The position numbers were made by a program, and so were the translations under genes. A stretch of 32,000 nucleotides of DNA from Candidatus Methanoperedens sp. (GTDB lineage: Archaea > Halobacteriota > Methanosarcinia > Methanosarcinales > Methanoperedenaceae): NCBI GenBank assembly GCA_027460535.1, contig JAPZAR010000012.1, positions 1 to 32,000 of the forward strand, written 5' to 3'. Under the pieces are notes generated by a model, which was not told where the DNA came from, did no database searches, and worked only from the letters and a program-made list of their open reading frames with translations. Position 1 is the stretch's first letter. Every line of letters begins with the position of its first letter. This document shows positions 8,089-15,597 of the stretch, piece by piece.

Positions 8089-10321
8089 CGTGCCACAACC
8101 CCCTGTTCCCGATCAGCCACTCCTGCGAATTCATCTCTTTCTCTCCGGGAGAAAGTGTAACGCGCTCGTACGTACTATCGCTCAATAACCGCCTTGCTTT
8201 TACATTGTCCTTCAGGTGGACATTGAGTATATCCTTGATTATCACAGATTTTATATCCGGATCCTCCACAGGGAAGAGCGTTTCCACCCGGTCGTCAAAG
8301 TTCCGTGTCCTGAGGTCCGCACTTCCGAGCAGGACCTCTTCATCCCCGCCGTTTCTGAAATAGTATATTCGTGCGTGTTCGAGAAAACGTCCTACAATGG
8401 ATGTTACAGTGATATTCTCACTTACCCCCGGAATTCCGGGGCGAAGGGCGCACAGGGCGCGCACGTTCAGGTCGATTTTTACACCTGCTTGAGACGCCCT
8501 GTAAAGAGCCAGGATTATCTCCATGTCAGTTATGCCATTGTTCTTGAATGCCATATATCCGTCCCCGTGCTCTCTATGGCGTGTGATCTCTCTTTCGATG
8601 CGTCCCAGGAATTCCCGTCGCAAATCATAAGGCGCAACAAGGAGTTTGTGATACTTCTGCTTTCCATAATAACCTGTGAGTGCGTTGAAGAGGTGGGACA
8701 TATCTGCACAGATCTGCGGGTTGCAGGTAAAGTAGCCAAGGTCGCCATAGATCCTGGCTGTGACGGAATTGAAGTTCCCCGAACTAAGGTAACCGTATCG
8801 GATTATTTCCTTTCCTTCTCTCCTGACAACAAGGCATAATTTGGCATGAACCTTCAGTCCCGGTCTCCCGTATACCACATGCACACCCGCCCGCTCAAGT
8901 GCATGCCCCCACCCAATATTTTTTTCTTCATCGAAGCGCGCTGTCAGTTCCACAACAACAGCCACCTGCTTACCATTCTGCCGCGCCTTAATAAGTGCAT
9001 CAATGACGGGGGAATTGGCATCGATCCGGTAAAGCGTTATTTTTATAGCCAGCACATCAGGATCCTGTGCAGCCTGATGTAAGAATTTGATAAAGGGCAA
9101 AAAACTGTCATAAGGATAGTAGAACAGGACATCACGGTTGCGCATAGCCGGGAAAATTCTTTTTTCGTTATCTAAGAATGAAGGATTTGAAGGAAGAAAC
9201 TGTTTATCCTTCAGATCGGGGCGGTCCAGTCTCATCAATTCCCATAAATCTGCAGTCCCCATGATACCCTCTATATCACTGACCAGGTAGGAAGGCAGTG
9301 CAAGTTTATTGGCAAGCATGTGACGGATGTCGTCGGGCATGGATACATCCACTTCAAGCCTCACTGGCGGCCCGGTACGGCGAAACTCCATACTTTCCTC
9401 AACCTGGGTCGCAAGGTCATACTCCCCATTCAGATGAGCCTTAATTTCAGAATCGCGCGTGATGCGGAAAGGATACGATGCAACCACTTCCATGCCCGGG
9501 AAGAGCATGTCCAGATTTGCGGCAATGAGATCTTCAAGCAGGACGAAGTGGGTGTTTTTCCAGCTGGCAGCGCTGTGTTCGGTATTCTTACCGTTTTCCA
9601 CTTCCGGCACACCGATAAAGCGCGGGAATAAACAGGTGGGTACCTTGACGCGTGCAAACATTTGTTTTTCAAAGTTACCTTGAGTTACCCTGACCACAAC
9701 AGCAATATTGATCGTGAGATTGGAAATGAATGGAAAAGGATGAGCCGCATCGAATGCCAGAGGGGTTAGGGTCGGAAATATTTCATATTCGAAGAAGCGT
9801 CGCAGAAGAACCTTCTGTTCTTCCTCAAGGTCGCTATATCTGTCGATATGGATACCTTCGCTGTGGAGCTTTGGTAAGAGTTCATACCAGCCGCGTGCAT
9901 GATCAGCAATAAGTGGAATTAACTCTTTTTGAATCGCTTCCAGTTGTTCTGACGGTGACATCCTGTCAGGGCGTGCTTTGACCGTCCCTGTGGCACGCCG
10001 CAGGGATGAAACCCGAACCATGAAGAACTCATCGATGTTGCTTCCACAAATAGCCAGAAACTTCACTCTTTCCAGGACTGGCTGGCGCTCATCCATTGCT
10101 TCCTCAAGCACCCGCTGATTGAATTTGAGCCAGCTAAGCTCACTATTGATGAAGTTTCCGGGATCATCAAGAGAAACGCTTTCCGTACTGATTTTCAATG
10201 GCTTTTCAATAACACTCTCCTCGGAATTTATATCCATCTGTTGTTTTTCCATAATACAGGCATCCTGTTGATCAGTAGTAAATTTTCGACATCCCAATCC
10301 CGAAACTCCCTTTCTCATCAT
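8078..10321 (-). CDS. ppk1: Polyphosphate kinase 1
   Basis: Full-length PPK1 similarity: FINSELSWLKFNQRVLEEA, VKFLAICGSNIDEFFMVRV, TPLAFDAAHPFPFISNL, the phospho-His region GLKVHAKLCLVVRRE, and C-terminal PLD-like domains. The true start may be the internal MEKQQMD, 23 codons downstream. Confidence 0.9.
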   Translation of the reverse strand: MMRKGVSGLGCRKFTTDQQDACIMEKQQMDINSEESVIEKPLKISTESVSLDDPGNFINSELSWLKFNQRVLEEAMDERQPVLERVKFLAICGSNIDEFFMVRVSSLRRATGTVKARPDRMSPSEQLEAIQKELIPLIADHARGWYELLPKLHSEGIHIDRYSDLEEEQKVLLRRFFEYEIFPTLTPLAFDAAHPFPFISNLTINIAVVVRVTQGNFEKQMFARVKVPTCLFPRFIGVPEVENGKNTEHSAASWKNTHFVLLEDLIAANLDMLFPGMEVVASYPFRITRDSEIKAHLNGEYDLATQVEESMEFRRTGPPVRLEVDVSMPDDIRHMLANKLALPSYLVSDIEGIMGTADLWELMRLDRPDLKDKQFLPSNPSFLDNEKRIFPAMRNRDVLFYYPYDSFLPFIKFLHQAAQDPDVLAIKITLYRIDANSPVIDALIKARQNGKQVAVVVELTARFDEEKNIGWGHALERAGVHVVYGRPGLKVHAKLCLVVRREGKEIIRYGYLSSGNFNSVTARIYGDLGYFTCNPQICADMSHLFNALTGYYGKQKYHKLLVAPYDLRREFLGRIEREITRHREHGDGYMAFKNNGITDMEIILALYRASQAGVKIDLNVRALCALRPGIPGVSENITVTSIVGRFLEHARIYYFRNGGDEEVLLGSADLRTRNFDDRVETLFPVEDPDIKSVIIKDILNVHLKDNVKARRLLSDSTYERVTLSPGEKEMNSQEWLIGNRGLWHGDF

Positions 10322-10400
10322 GCGAATTGTTTTCTAAGTATTTATTGACCTGGCTCAGAACTGCTCATACTACATTCTGATTTTTCTGAAGAGATATATA

Positions 10401-10898
10401 TCAAGCGCATGCATCCACGGTATTTACTGCGCTCTGTGTCTCGGATTCATACTCTTCTCTTACAAACCCTTTTGAGACTTCAAACAAATCAGAAAGCCAT
10501 TTCTTACCATTATCATGGAAAATGATGGGAAGCTTCGCTTCCAGCGGTTTAAGCCTGTTTAAGAACTGCCCAACGGTCTCGGATTCGATCAGAATCTGGC
10601 AGAAGGGGTGCTCTGGATACGATATGCTGATCGCCTTAAGATAGACTAAAGGATCGCCGCCGTTCTCAATGAACTTACACATCATCTTAATGGGTGTGAA
10701 TTCAACATTGGTCGCTTCTTTGCCATTATCTGCAACACCTTCCACCATTCTGATAAAGTTATCCCAGCCGTTGCCATTCTCCCATTTTTTAAACCTCTCT
10801 TCAATGAGTAAAATGTCTCTTCTGTGAATCTTCTGAATGAGCTGGAGATCTTTCCTGTAAATCTCTTCTTTGAATAGCTCGATATTATCTAATTTCAT
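10401..10898 (-). CDS. Hypothetical protein (165 aa), no recognisable domain
   Basis: Clean ATG-initiated ORF, AT-rich. It ends 79 bp upstream of ppk1 on the same strand, and a copy of the TATAGATT-N12-TATATA module lies upstream of it. Confidence 0.5.
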   Translation of the reverse strand: MKLDNIELFKEEIYRKDLQLIQKIHRRDILLIEERFKKWENGNGWDNFIRMVEGVADNGKEATNVEFTPIKMMCKFIENGGDPLVYLKAISISYPEHPFCQILIESETVGQFLNRLKPLEAKLPIIFHDNGKKWLSDLFEVSKGFVREEYESETQSAVNTVDACA

Positions 10899-10996
10899 TA
10901 TATAGGCCTCCCAGTCCGTTTATCAGCTTCATGGGTCATTCCTTTTTTATCAGGTGGCAAAAACGAATGACCCTTAATTATTGTTAAAATTCTGAT

Positions 10997-11031
10997 GTTA
11001 TATACTTAATCTCTATAATCTATATAGAAAA
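10997..11031 (-). promoter_or_regulatory. Promoter/operator module copy (minus orientation) upstream of the 165-aa gene
   Basis: The minus strand reads TTTTCTATATAGATTATAGAGATTAAGTATATAAC. The TATATAGATT core and the downstream TATATAAC box have the same spacing as the module at 14575-14620. Confidence 0.5.
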
Positions 11032-11120
11032 CCAGCAGAAGCCGTGTGATTAGAATGGTTGTAAATGGTCATTTCGTGAATGATTGGTACTTACCTAAGA
11101 AGACAAGTTATAATCACATC

Positions 11121-12770
11121 TTATGCATGCAGTGCATTCTCAACCCCGGCAGTTTCCCTCCCTATTTTAAGACTGGAGAATTCACGGTTCCAATGAGAGC
11201 CCTGGATTACATTCAAATTGAGCTTCCTCCTGAATATTTTTTCGAATGCTTTCACATTCGACTCTACACCCCACACTTCAAGCTCGCAGCCGCCATCAGG
11301 CCATATAGCGAGATCGACTTTTGTTCTATCTTTCCCGGTGAATTCTGCCTTTTTTACGAGGCAGGTATGGCTTCTGTCGAGTTTCTCAGCAAGGCGCAGC
11401 AGCATGGATAGGATAATCACGGTATTCGCAGAGTGCTCATCGAGCAGAGCTAAAGCCTGGTCCTTTCTCTTTGGAAGCTTCTTCCTGTGGAACCTGGCAA
11501 CGTTTGCCATTATATTTATCTCGATCTGGTCAAAGCCGGGGAGCTCTGTGTTGCCTATTATGTAATGCGAGTGGAGATGATGACTTTTAAATGCTATGAA
11601 GCCGCCGATATCGTGCAGGAACGAAGAGTACTTCAATAGCTCCCTCTCCCGTTCATCCATGTCGTGCAGCCCGATCCTCCTAGAACTGTCAAAAAGCGAA
11701 AGTGCAAGAGATATGACAGCGTTGGCGTGCCGCTCGTTGATATTGCATGATCTTCCAAGCTGGAGCACGCTCATCTCCCTGACAGACATCTCCTGGAACT
11801 GCGGAAACCCTTCATGTTTTGACAGGTAATCCATGAGCATTCCGTGGACTATGCCCCTGTCGCTGATTGTAATCTCTTCAAGCCCGAACTCCTCCATTAT
11901 TGTCTCGAGGATAGCAGCGCCCCCAACGATTATGTCCGCTCTCTCGGGGTTGATTCCCTGGATCTTCTTTCTCTCATCGAGGGCAAGCGCGCAGAGTGTC
12001 GAAACTACCTTCCTTAGATTCTTGTAGTTCAGGACAAGGTTTCTTCCTGCGCCGTCCCGTTCATGCAGATTCATCGCTATCTCGGCCAGGTTAACGATAG
12101 TGCCTGAACTTCCGAAAGCGCACTCTATCCTCGCACTCTTCATGAATTGAGCTGTTTTGAGAATTCTGTTCTTGATGTACAGCTTCATCCTTGCATAAAC
12201 ATCCTGTGGCACAGGTGCTGTCCCCCCATCCTGAATGAACCTAGTAGTGAGCCTTATTGCCCCTAGTTCGAAGCTGTCGACGTAATATTGCTGGAACTGA
12301 TCGCCTATCGCAAGCTCCGTGCTCCCTCCCCCTATATCGATGAAGATTGCCTTCCTCTTGCCAATATGGACTCCGCTCGAGACCCCAAGATAGATGAGAC
12401 GTGCCTCTTCCTTTCCAGGTATGACCCTGACTTCCAGCTTCGCCTCATCTTTTAGCTGTTCAAGGAATTCTACCTGGTTTTTCGCCTCCCGTGCCGCAGA
12501 AGTGGCTATAGCGATAATCTCTCCAGCGCCGAAGGATTTTGCGAGTTCCGCGAACTTTTTGCAAACCAGAACCGCTCGCTCCATTGCCTCTGGCTGGAGG
12601 TGATTGCTCTTGAACTCGTTCTCGCCGAGCCTGACAACCTCCTTCTCCTGCCGCAGCACAGTATACGAATGATTGGGGTTGAGTCTGACGAGTATAAGTC
12701 GGATAGAGTTTGTCCCAATATCTATGAACGCCAGTATCTTTTCCTCAAGTTGATCAAGGTGCATTCTCAT
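11121..12770 (-). CDS. ppx: Exopolyphosphatase / guanosine pentaphosphate phosphohydrolase family (Ppx/GppA) with C-terminal HD domain
   Basis: ASKHA N-terminus AFIDIGTNSIRLILV, FIDIGGGSTEL, then HD module FLHDIGGFIAFKSHHLHS and VARFHRKK. The ORF is open to 12905, but the first 45 codons are AT-rich and low-complexity, so ATG 12770 or 12764 is preferred. The last ~25 codons come from a duplicated DNA segment (see repeat features). Confidence 0.85.
   Translation of the reverse strand: MRMHLDQLEEKILAFIDIGTNSIRLILVRLNPNHSYTVLRQEKEVVRLGENEFKSNHLQPEAMERAVLVCKKFAELAKSFGAGEIIAIATSAAREAKNQVEFLEQLKDEAKLEVRVIPGKEEARLIYLGVSSGVHIGKRKAIFIDIGGGSTELAIGDQFQQYYVDSFELGAIRLTTRFIQDGGTAPVPQDVYARMKLYIKNRILKTAQFMKSARIECAFGSSGTIVNLAEIAMNLHERDGAGRNLVLNYKNLRKVVSTLCALALDERKKIQGINPERADIIVGGAAILETIMEEFGLEEITISDRGIVHGMLMDYLSKHEGFPQFQEMSVREMSVLQLGRSCNINERHANAVISLALSLFDSSRRIGLHDMDERERELLKYSSFLHDIGGFIAFKSHHLHSHYIIGNTELPGFDQIEINIMANVARFHRKKLPKRKDQALALLDEHSANTVIILSMLLRLAEKLDRSHTCLVKKAEFTGKDRTKVDLAIWPDGGCELEVWGVESNVKAFEKIFRRKLNLNVIQGSHWNREFSSLKIGRETAGVENALHA
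11134..11207. repeat. Copy B of the ~75-bp duplicated segment (3' end of ppx, up to 13 bp from its stop codon at 11121-11123)
   Basis: GCATTCTCAACCCCGGCAGTTTCCCTCCCTATTTTAAGACTGGAGAATTCACGG... On the minus strand it encodes HWNREFSSLKIGRETAGVENAL, versus HPDREFPSLKIERETARVENAL in the 635-aa protein. Confidence 0.85.
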
Positions 12771-12951
12771 ATAATTATAATCATGATTAGGTTCTATTAT
12801 ATCATGTTTTCTACCGTTGCCATTTCCATCCCCTTCAATACGGTCTGGGCAAGGACTCAACTTGCTAAAATTAAAGCCCCCACAAAATGTTTTCATAGCG
12901 TTCATTCAAGTGTTAATTAAATCTTAGTCAGAGGTTTTTAAATAACTTATG

Positions 12952-12961
12952 TATATAGATT
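12952..12961 (+). promoter_or_regulatory. Isolated TATATAGATT core in the ppx / PHP divergent spacer
   Basis: Exact 10-mer shared with the modules at 14591, 15546 and (reverse) 11017 and 13537. Confidence 0.35.
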
Positions 12962-13536
12962 ATATATTCTATTTATCTAAGGAACTATCTCTTAAGCTTA
13001 TCAACGATTCGGTTAGTTCCTCTACAAAATGCAATATGGACTTTGCAAACAGGGTTATCGAAGAACATAAAGGATTAGGTGAGGACTAACAATCCGTAAA
13101 TCATACCTTGAAATGTTGCTTGAGAAAAAAATAACTGCCTTCTATTTAGCCTATATACTTTTAGAGACATCAATGGCTAACTCAGCGATTATGCAGCATA
13201 GTTTCCTATCCTCTTTACGCTATCTGCCATGAGCCCGATGGACATGACCGCATCGGGATCAGAGCTGTTGCTGGATGTGTTAATCTTGAACTGTGCAAAG
13301 GAAGGTTTCAGGCGTTAAAAGGAGAAGAAGAAGTTAAAGTGGTAAATATTAAAGAGCTGCTCAGCGGAAGCAAGTTCTATTACTTTTTAGTTCAGTTGCT
13401 TCTCGCCTGGGTATAGAAAAAATCGGCGTAGATTGTCCATATTATATTTATATGATTAGAATATAGAATATTAGAATATATTAACTTTTTATTTTATGTT
13501 AATACCCCAACCGCTACGGTCGGAACAAAGGGTAAG

Positions 13537-13546
13537 AATCTATATA
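13537..13546 (-). promoter_or_regulatory. Isolated TATATAGATT core (reverse orientation) about 60 bp upstream of the PHP gene
   Basis: The plus strand reads AATCTATATA, followed by the TATA-like CATTATATATTTTA and ATG 13602. Confidence 0.35.
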
Positions 13547-13601
13547 CATTATATATTTTACTAAGATAGTCTTTATTTTGTTAATGTAATAATCGTTCTG
13601 C

Positions 13602-14495
13602 ATGGAAAATATCGAACAGAAGAATCATATTGGCAAAGCAGATATTCACGTACACACCAGGTATTCAGGGTTCGGACAATGTTCTTTTATTCATTTCCCT
13701 GAATCTGTTACCGAGCCAGTTAAAGCCGTCGAGGCTGCCCGCAGGAAAGAACTTGATGTCCTTTGCATAACAGACCACAACACAATCCGGGGTGCTATCA
13801 TCGCCCAAAAACATTCACGGGATATCGAGGTTGTAGTTGGAGAAGAGATTTCAAGCGCAGACGGAGAGATCCTGGCGCTGTTCATCCAGGAAGAGATCAA
13901 ACCCATGCGCAGCGCTCCTGAGACTATAGACCTTATACACGGCCAGGGAGGTATTGCTATAGCTGCACATCCTTTTAGCCCATATTGCCACTCTCTCGAA
14001 ACTAAAATACATAATTTAAAACTGGACGGAGTGGAAGTATTCAATGCATACCATCGTGATGCCTACTCTAATTTAATGGCCCAGACCTTCACTTCAGGAA
14101 GACTGGCAAAGCTGGGGAGCAGCGATGCCCATTCAATAAATATGATAGGCAACGGATACACAATTTTTGAGGGAAAAACCTCAGAGGAACTTAGGAAATC
14201 CATCATAAACAGAAAAACCTCCTTTGGCGGAACAAGAACGCCTCTGTCAGAATGCATTTCGTGGAGCAAAGAAATAGCCTCGGAGAGCATTAAAATGATT
14301 TATGATTCCCTGACAGGAGAGAAAAGCCAGGACATATTATACTTGGAAATAGATAAAACTACAAGAAGGACCAAAGCCCTGGGATTGATTGGCGCTGCAC
14401 TGTATATCGGGCTACCATTATCGTATTTTTTCGGTGTCTCGGGGGAAATTATCTTGAATTTAAAGGGTAAAAGAAAATGGAATGAGAACATATAG
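13602..14495 (+). CDS. PHP-domain metal-dependent phosphoesterase with C-terminal transmembrane anchor
   Basis: PHP motifs ADIHVHTRYS, CITDHNTIRGA, GEEISSADGEILALF, IAAHPFSP, GVEVFNAY, GSSDAHS. C-terminal hydrophobic helix ALGLIGAALYIGLPLSYFFGV. Confidence 0.8.
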   Translation: MENIEQKNHIGKADIHVHTRYSGFGQCSFIHFPESVTEPVKAVEAARRKELDVLCITDHNTIRGAIIAQKHSRDIEVVVGEEISSADGEILALFIQEEIKPMRSAPETIDLIHGQGGIAIAAHPFSPYCHSLETKIHNLKLDGVEVFNAYHRDAYSNLMAQTFTSGRLAKLGSSDAHSINMIGNGYTIFEGKTSEELRKSIINRKTSFGGTRTPLSECISWSKEIASESIKMIYDSLTGEKSQDILYLEIDKTTRRTKALGLIGAALYIGLPLSYFFGVSGEIILNLKGKRKWNENI

Positions 14496-14574
14496 GTATG
14501 CTGGTTTAATGCGAGAACTGTGCCATAGCGTATCCATTATCAAAATAACGGCCAATGAACAGAATAATTTTCTA

Positions 14575-14620
14575 CTGATTTTATGTAGCATATATAGATT
14601 ATTGTGATAAATTATATAAC
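14575..14620 (+). promoter_or_regulatory. Conserved 46-bp promoter/operator module, copy 1
   Basis: CTGATTTTATGTAGCATATATAGATTATTGTGATAAATTATATAAC. The TATA-like box at 14609-14618 lies about 27 bp before ATG 14641, consistent with a leaderless transcript. Confidence 0.6.
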
Positions 14621-14640
14621 TCTGTGGGTGGAATTTCGAT

Positions 14641-14790
14641 ATGGTGATAGAAATGAAAGAAAAGAAACAAATTATGAAAAAATCCCTCTCCTGCGGCACA
14701 CGATTTCCACCGGAAGAAGGATTTATGGAAATAAATCAGGAAGACAAGGAGATTTACCTGTTCCTGCGCGGCGGATTTTCTGCCAAGTAG
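14641..14790 (+). CDS. Candidate small protein (49 aa)
   Basis: ATG placed at leaderless distance from the module's TATA box. Translates as MVIEMKEKKQIMKKSLSCGTRFPPEEGFMEINQEDKEIYLFLRGGFSAK. No homology recognised and too short for the ORF track. Confidence 0.25.
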   Translation: MVIEMKEKKQIMKKSLSCGTRFPPEEGFMEINQEDKEIYLFLRGGFSAK

Positions 14791-14804
14791 GAAGAGTTGA
14801 GACT

Positions 14805-14963
14805 ATGAATACACTTGACATTCTGATATACATCTGCGAAAAAAGAGAGGAATTTGTAGTGAATGGATTGAATGCACAGGATGCATTAGCAAAAGCAACG
14901 CAGGCAATAGCTGAAGAATATCATATATGCTCTGCATCCATAACTAAACTGGTTACTCTATGA
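14805..14963 (+). CDS. Candidate small protein (52 aa)
   Basis: Internal ATG of the 14604-14963 track ORF, whose GTG start lies inside the promoter module. Translates as MNTLDILIYICEKREEFVVNGLNAQDALAKATQAIAEEYHICSASITKLVTL. No homology recognised. Confidence 0.3.
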   Translation: MNTLDILIYICEKREEFVVNGLNAQDALAKATQAIAEEYHICSASITKLVTL

Positions 14964-15084
14964 TGAAACCGGATTGAATCTGCATTTATCCTCGACCTTA
15001 TTGATCTTAAAAAATGAGCTTGAATAGGATTGAAATTTTTCTGATAATTCTTCTTTTCTTACTTGCTTTGATGATGGTATTTAA

Positions 15085-15492
15085 ATGATTGACCATCCAA
15101 AATTTTTCAAAAAAATTACTGATTCCATTGTTACCATCGTCCTGTATATATTGCTGTTAACCCTTATCGCAGGGATGCTGCGGATTTTACTTGATATGCG
15201 CTCTGTGGCGATAGACTCGGTGGAGGGCGGTTTTAACAAAATAGTTACTAATGTTCTCACGCTTTTTATTGTAATTGAGTTCTTCAAAACCTTTGCAGAC
15301 TATTCGAAACTCGAAAGAATCAAACTCACCGACATAACCGACGTCACGATTTTAATAGCTATGCGTGAGGTCACTGTCGGGCTTTACTCCAAATCATTTG
15401 GATATGAAACTATTTTCGCCCTCTCAGCGCTGCTGCTGGTGCTTGGAGTGATAAGGATGCTGGCTGTAAAGTACTCGCCAGAAAAGATTTGA
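15085..15492 (+). CDS. psiE: PsiE-like (phosphate-starvation-inducible protein E family) small membrane protein
   Basis: 135 aa with four hydrophobic segments. Length and layout match PsiE (VLTLFIVIEFFKTFADY, VTILIAMREVTVG). Family assignment is from memory of E. coli PsiE, not from a search. Confidence 0.55.
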   Translation: MIDHPKFFKKITDSIVTIVLYILLLTLIAGMLRILLDMRSVAIDSVEGGFNKIVTNVLTLFIVIEFFKTFADYSKLERIKLTDITDVTILIAMREVTVGLYSKSFGYETIFALSALLLVLGVIRMLAVKYSPEKI

Positions 15493-15529
15493 GAGTGATT
15501 GCAGCTCTTTGATAGGAAATCTAATTATA

Positions 15530-15575
15530 CTGATTTTCTTTAGAATATATAGATTATTGAGATAAAATATATTAC
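15530..15575 (+). promoter_or_regulatory. Conserved 46-bp promoter/operator module, copy 2
   Basis: CTGATTTTCTTTAGAATATATAGATTATTGAGATAAAATATATTAC. The TATA-like box at 15565-15574 lies about 28 bp before ATG 15598. Confidence 0.6.
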
Positions 15576-15597
15576 ATATAGCGTGAAGCTATAATAT

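Noticed and set aside
8216-8839. 207-aa plus-strand ORF (and neighbours 8846-9082, 9320-9631, 9459-9683)
   Set aside because: These lie antisense inside ppk1, whose minus-strand frame has unambiguous full-length PPK1 similarity. They have no motifs and a composition typical of shadow ORFs.
10377-10402. CTGATTTTTCTGAAGAGATATATATC, resembling the 5' half of the 46-bp module
   Set aside because: The core is degenerate (ATATATATC instead of TATAGATT). It is also plus-oriented and points into the 3' end of a minus-strand gene. It is mentioned only as context.
12771-12905. 45-codon N-terminal extension of the ppx ORF (MNAMKTFCGGFNFSKLSP...GNGNGRKH...)
   Set aside because: It is AT-rich, low-complexity and unlike any Ppx N-terminus, whereas the ASKHA motif begins right after M46/M48. 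It is kept only as an alternative start.
14604-14963. 119-aa track ORF
   Set aside because: Its GTG start lies inside the conserved promoter module and the first 67 codons look non-coding. Only the internal ATG 14805 ORF is retained, and at low confidence.
14960-15044. C/D-box sRNA-like signals (ATGATGA at 14960-14966 and CTGA at 15041-15044)
   Set aside because: The boxes are about 75 nt apart, with no convincing internal D' or C' boxes at the ~12-nt guide spacing and no terminal stem. The TGATGA also overlaps the stop codon of the small ORF.
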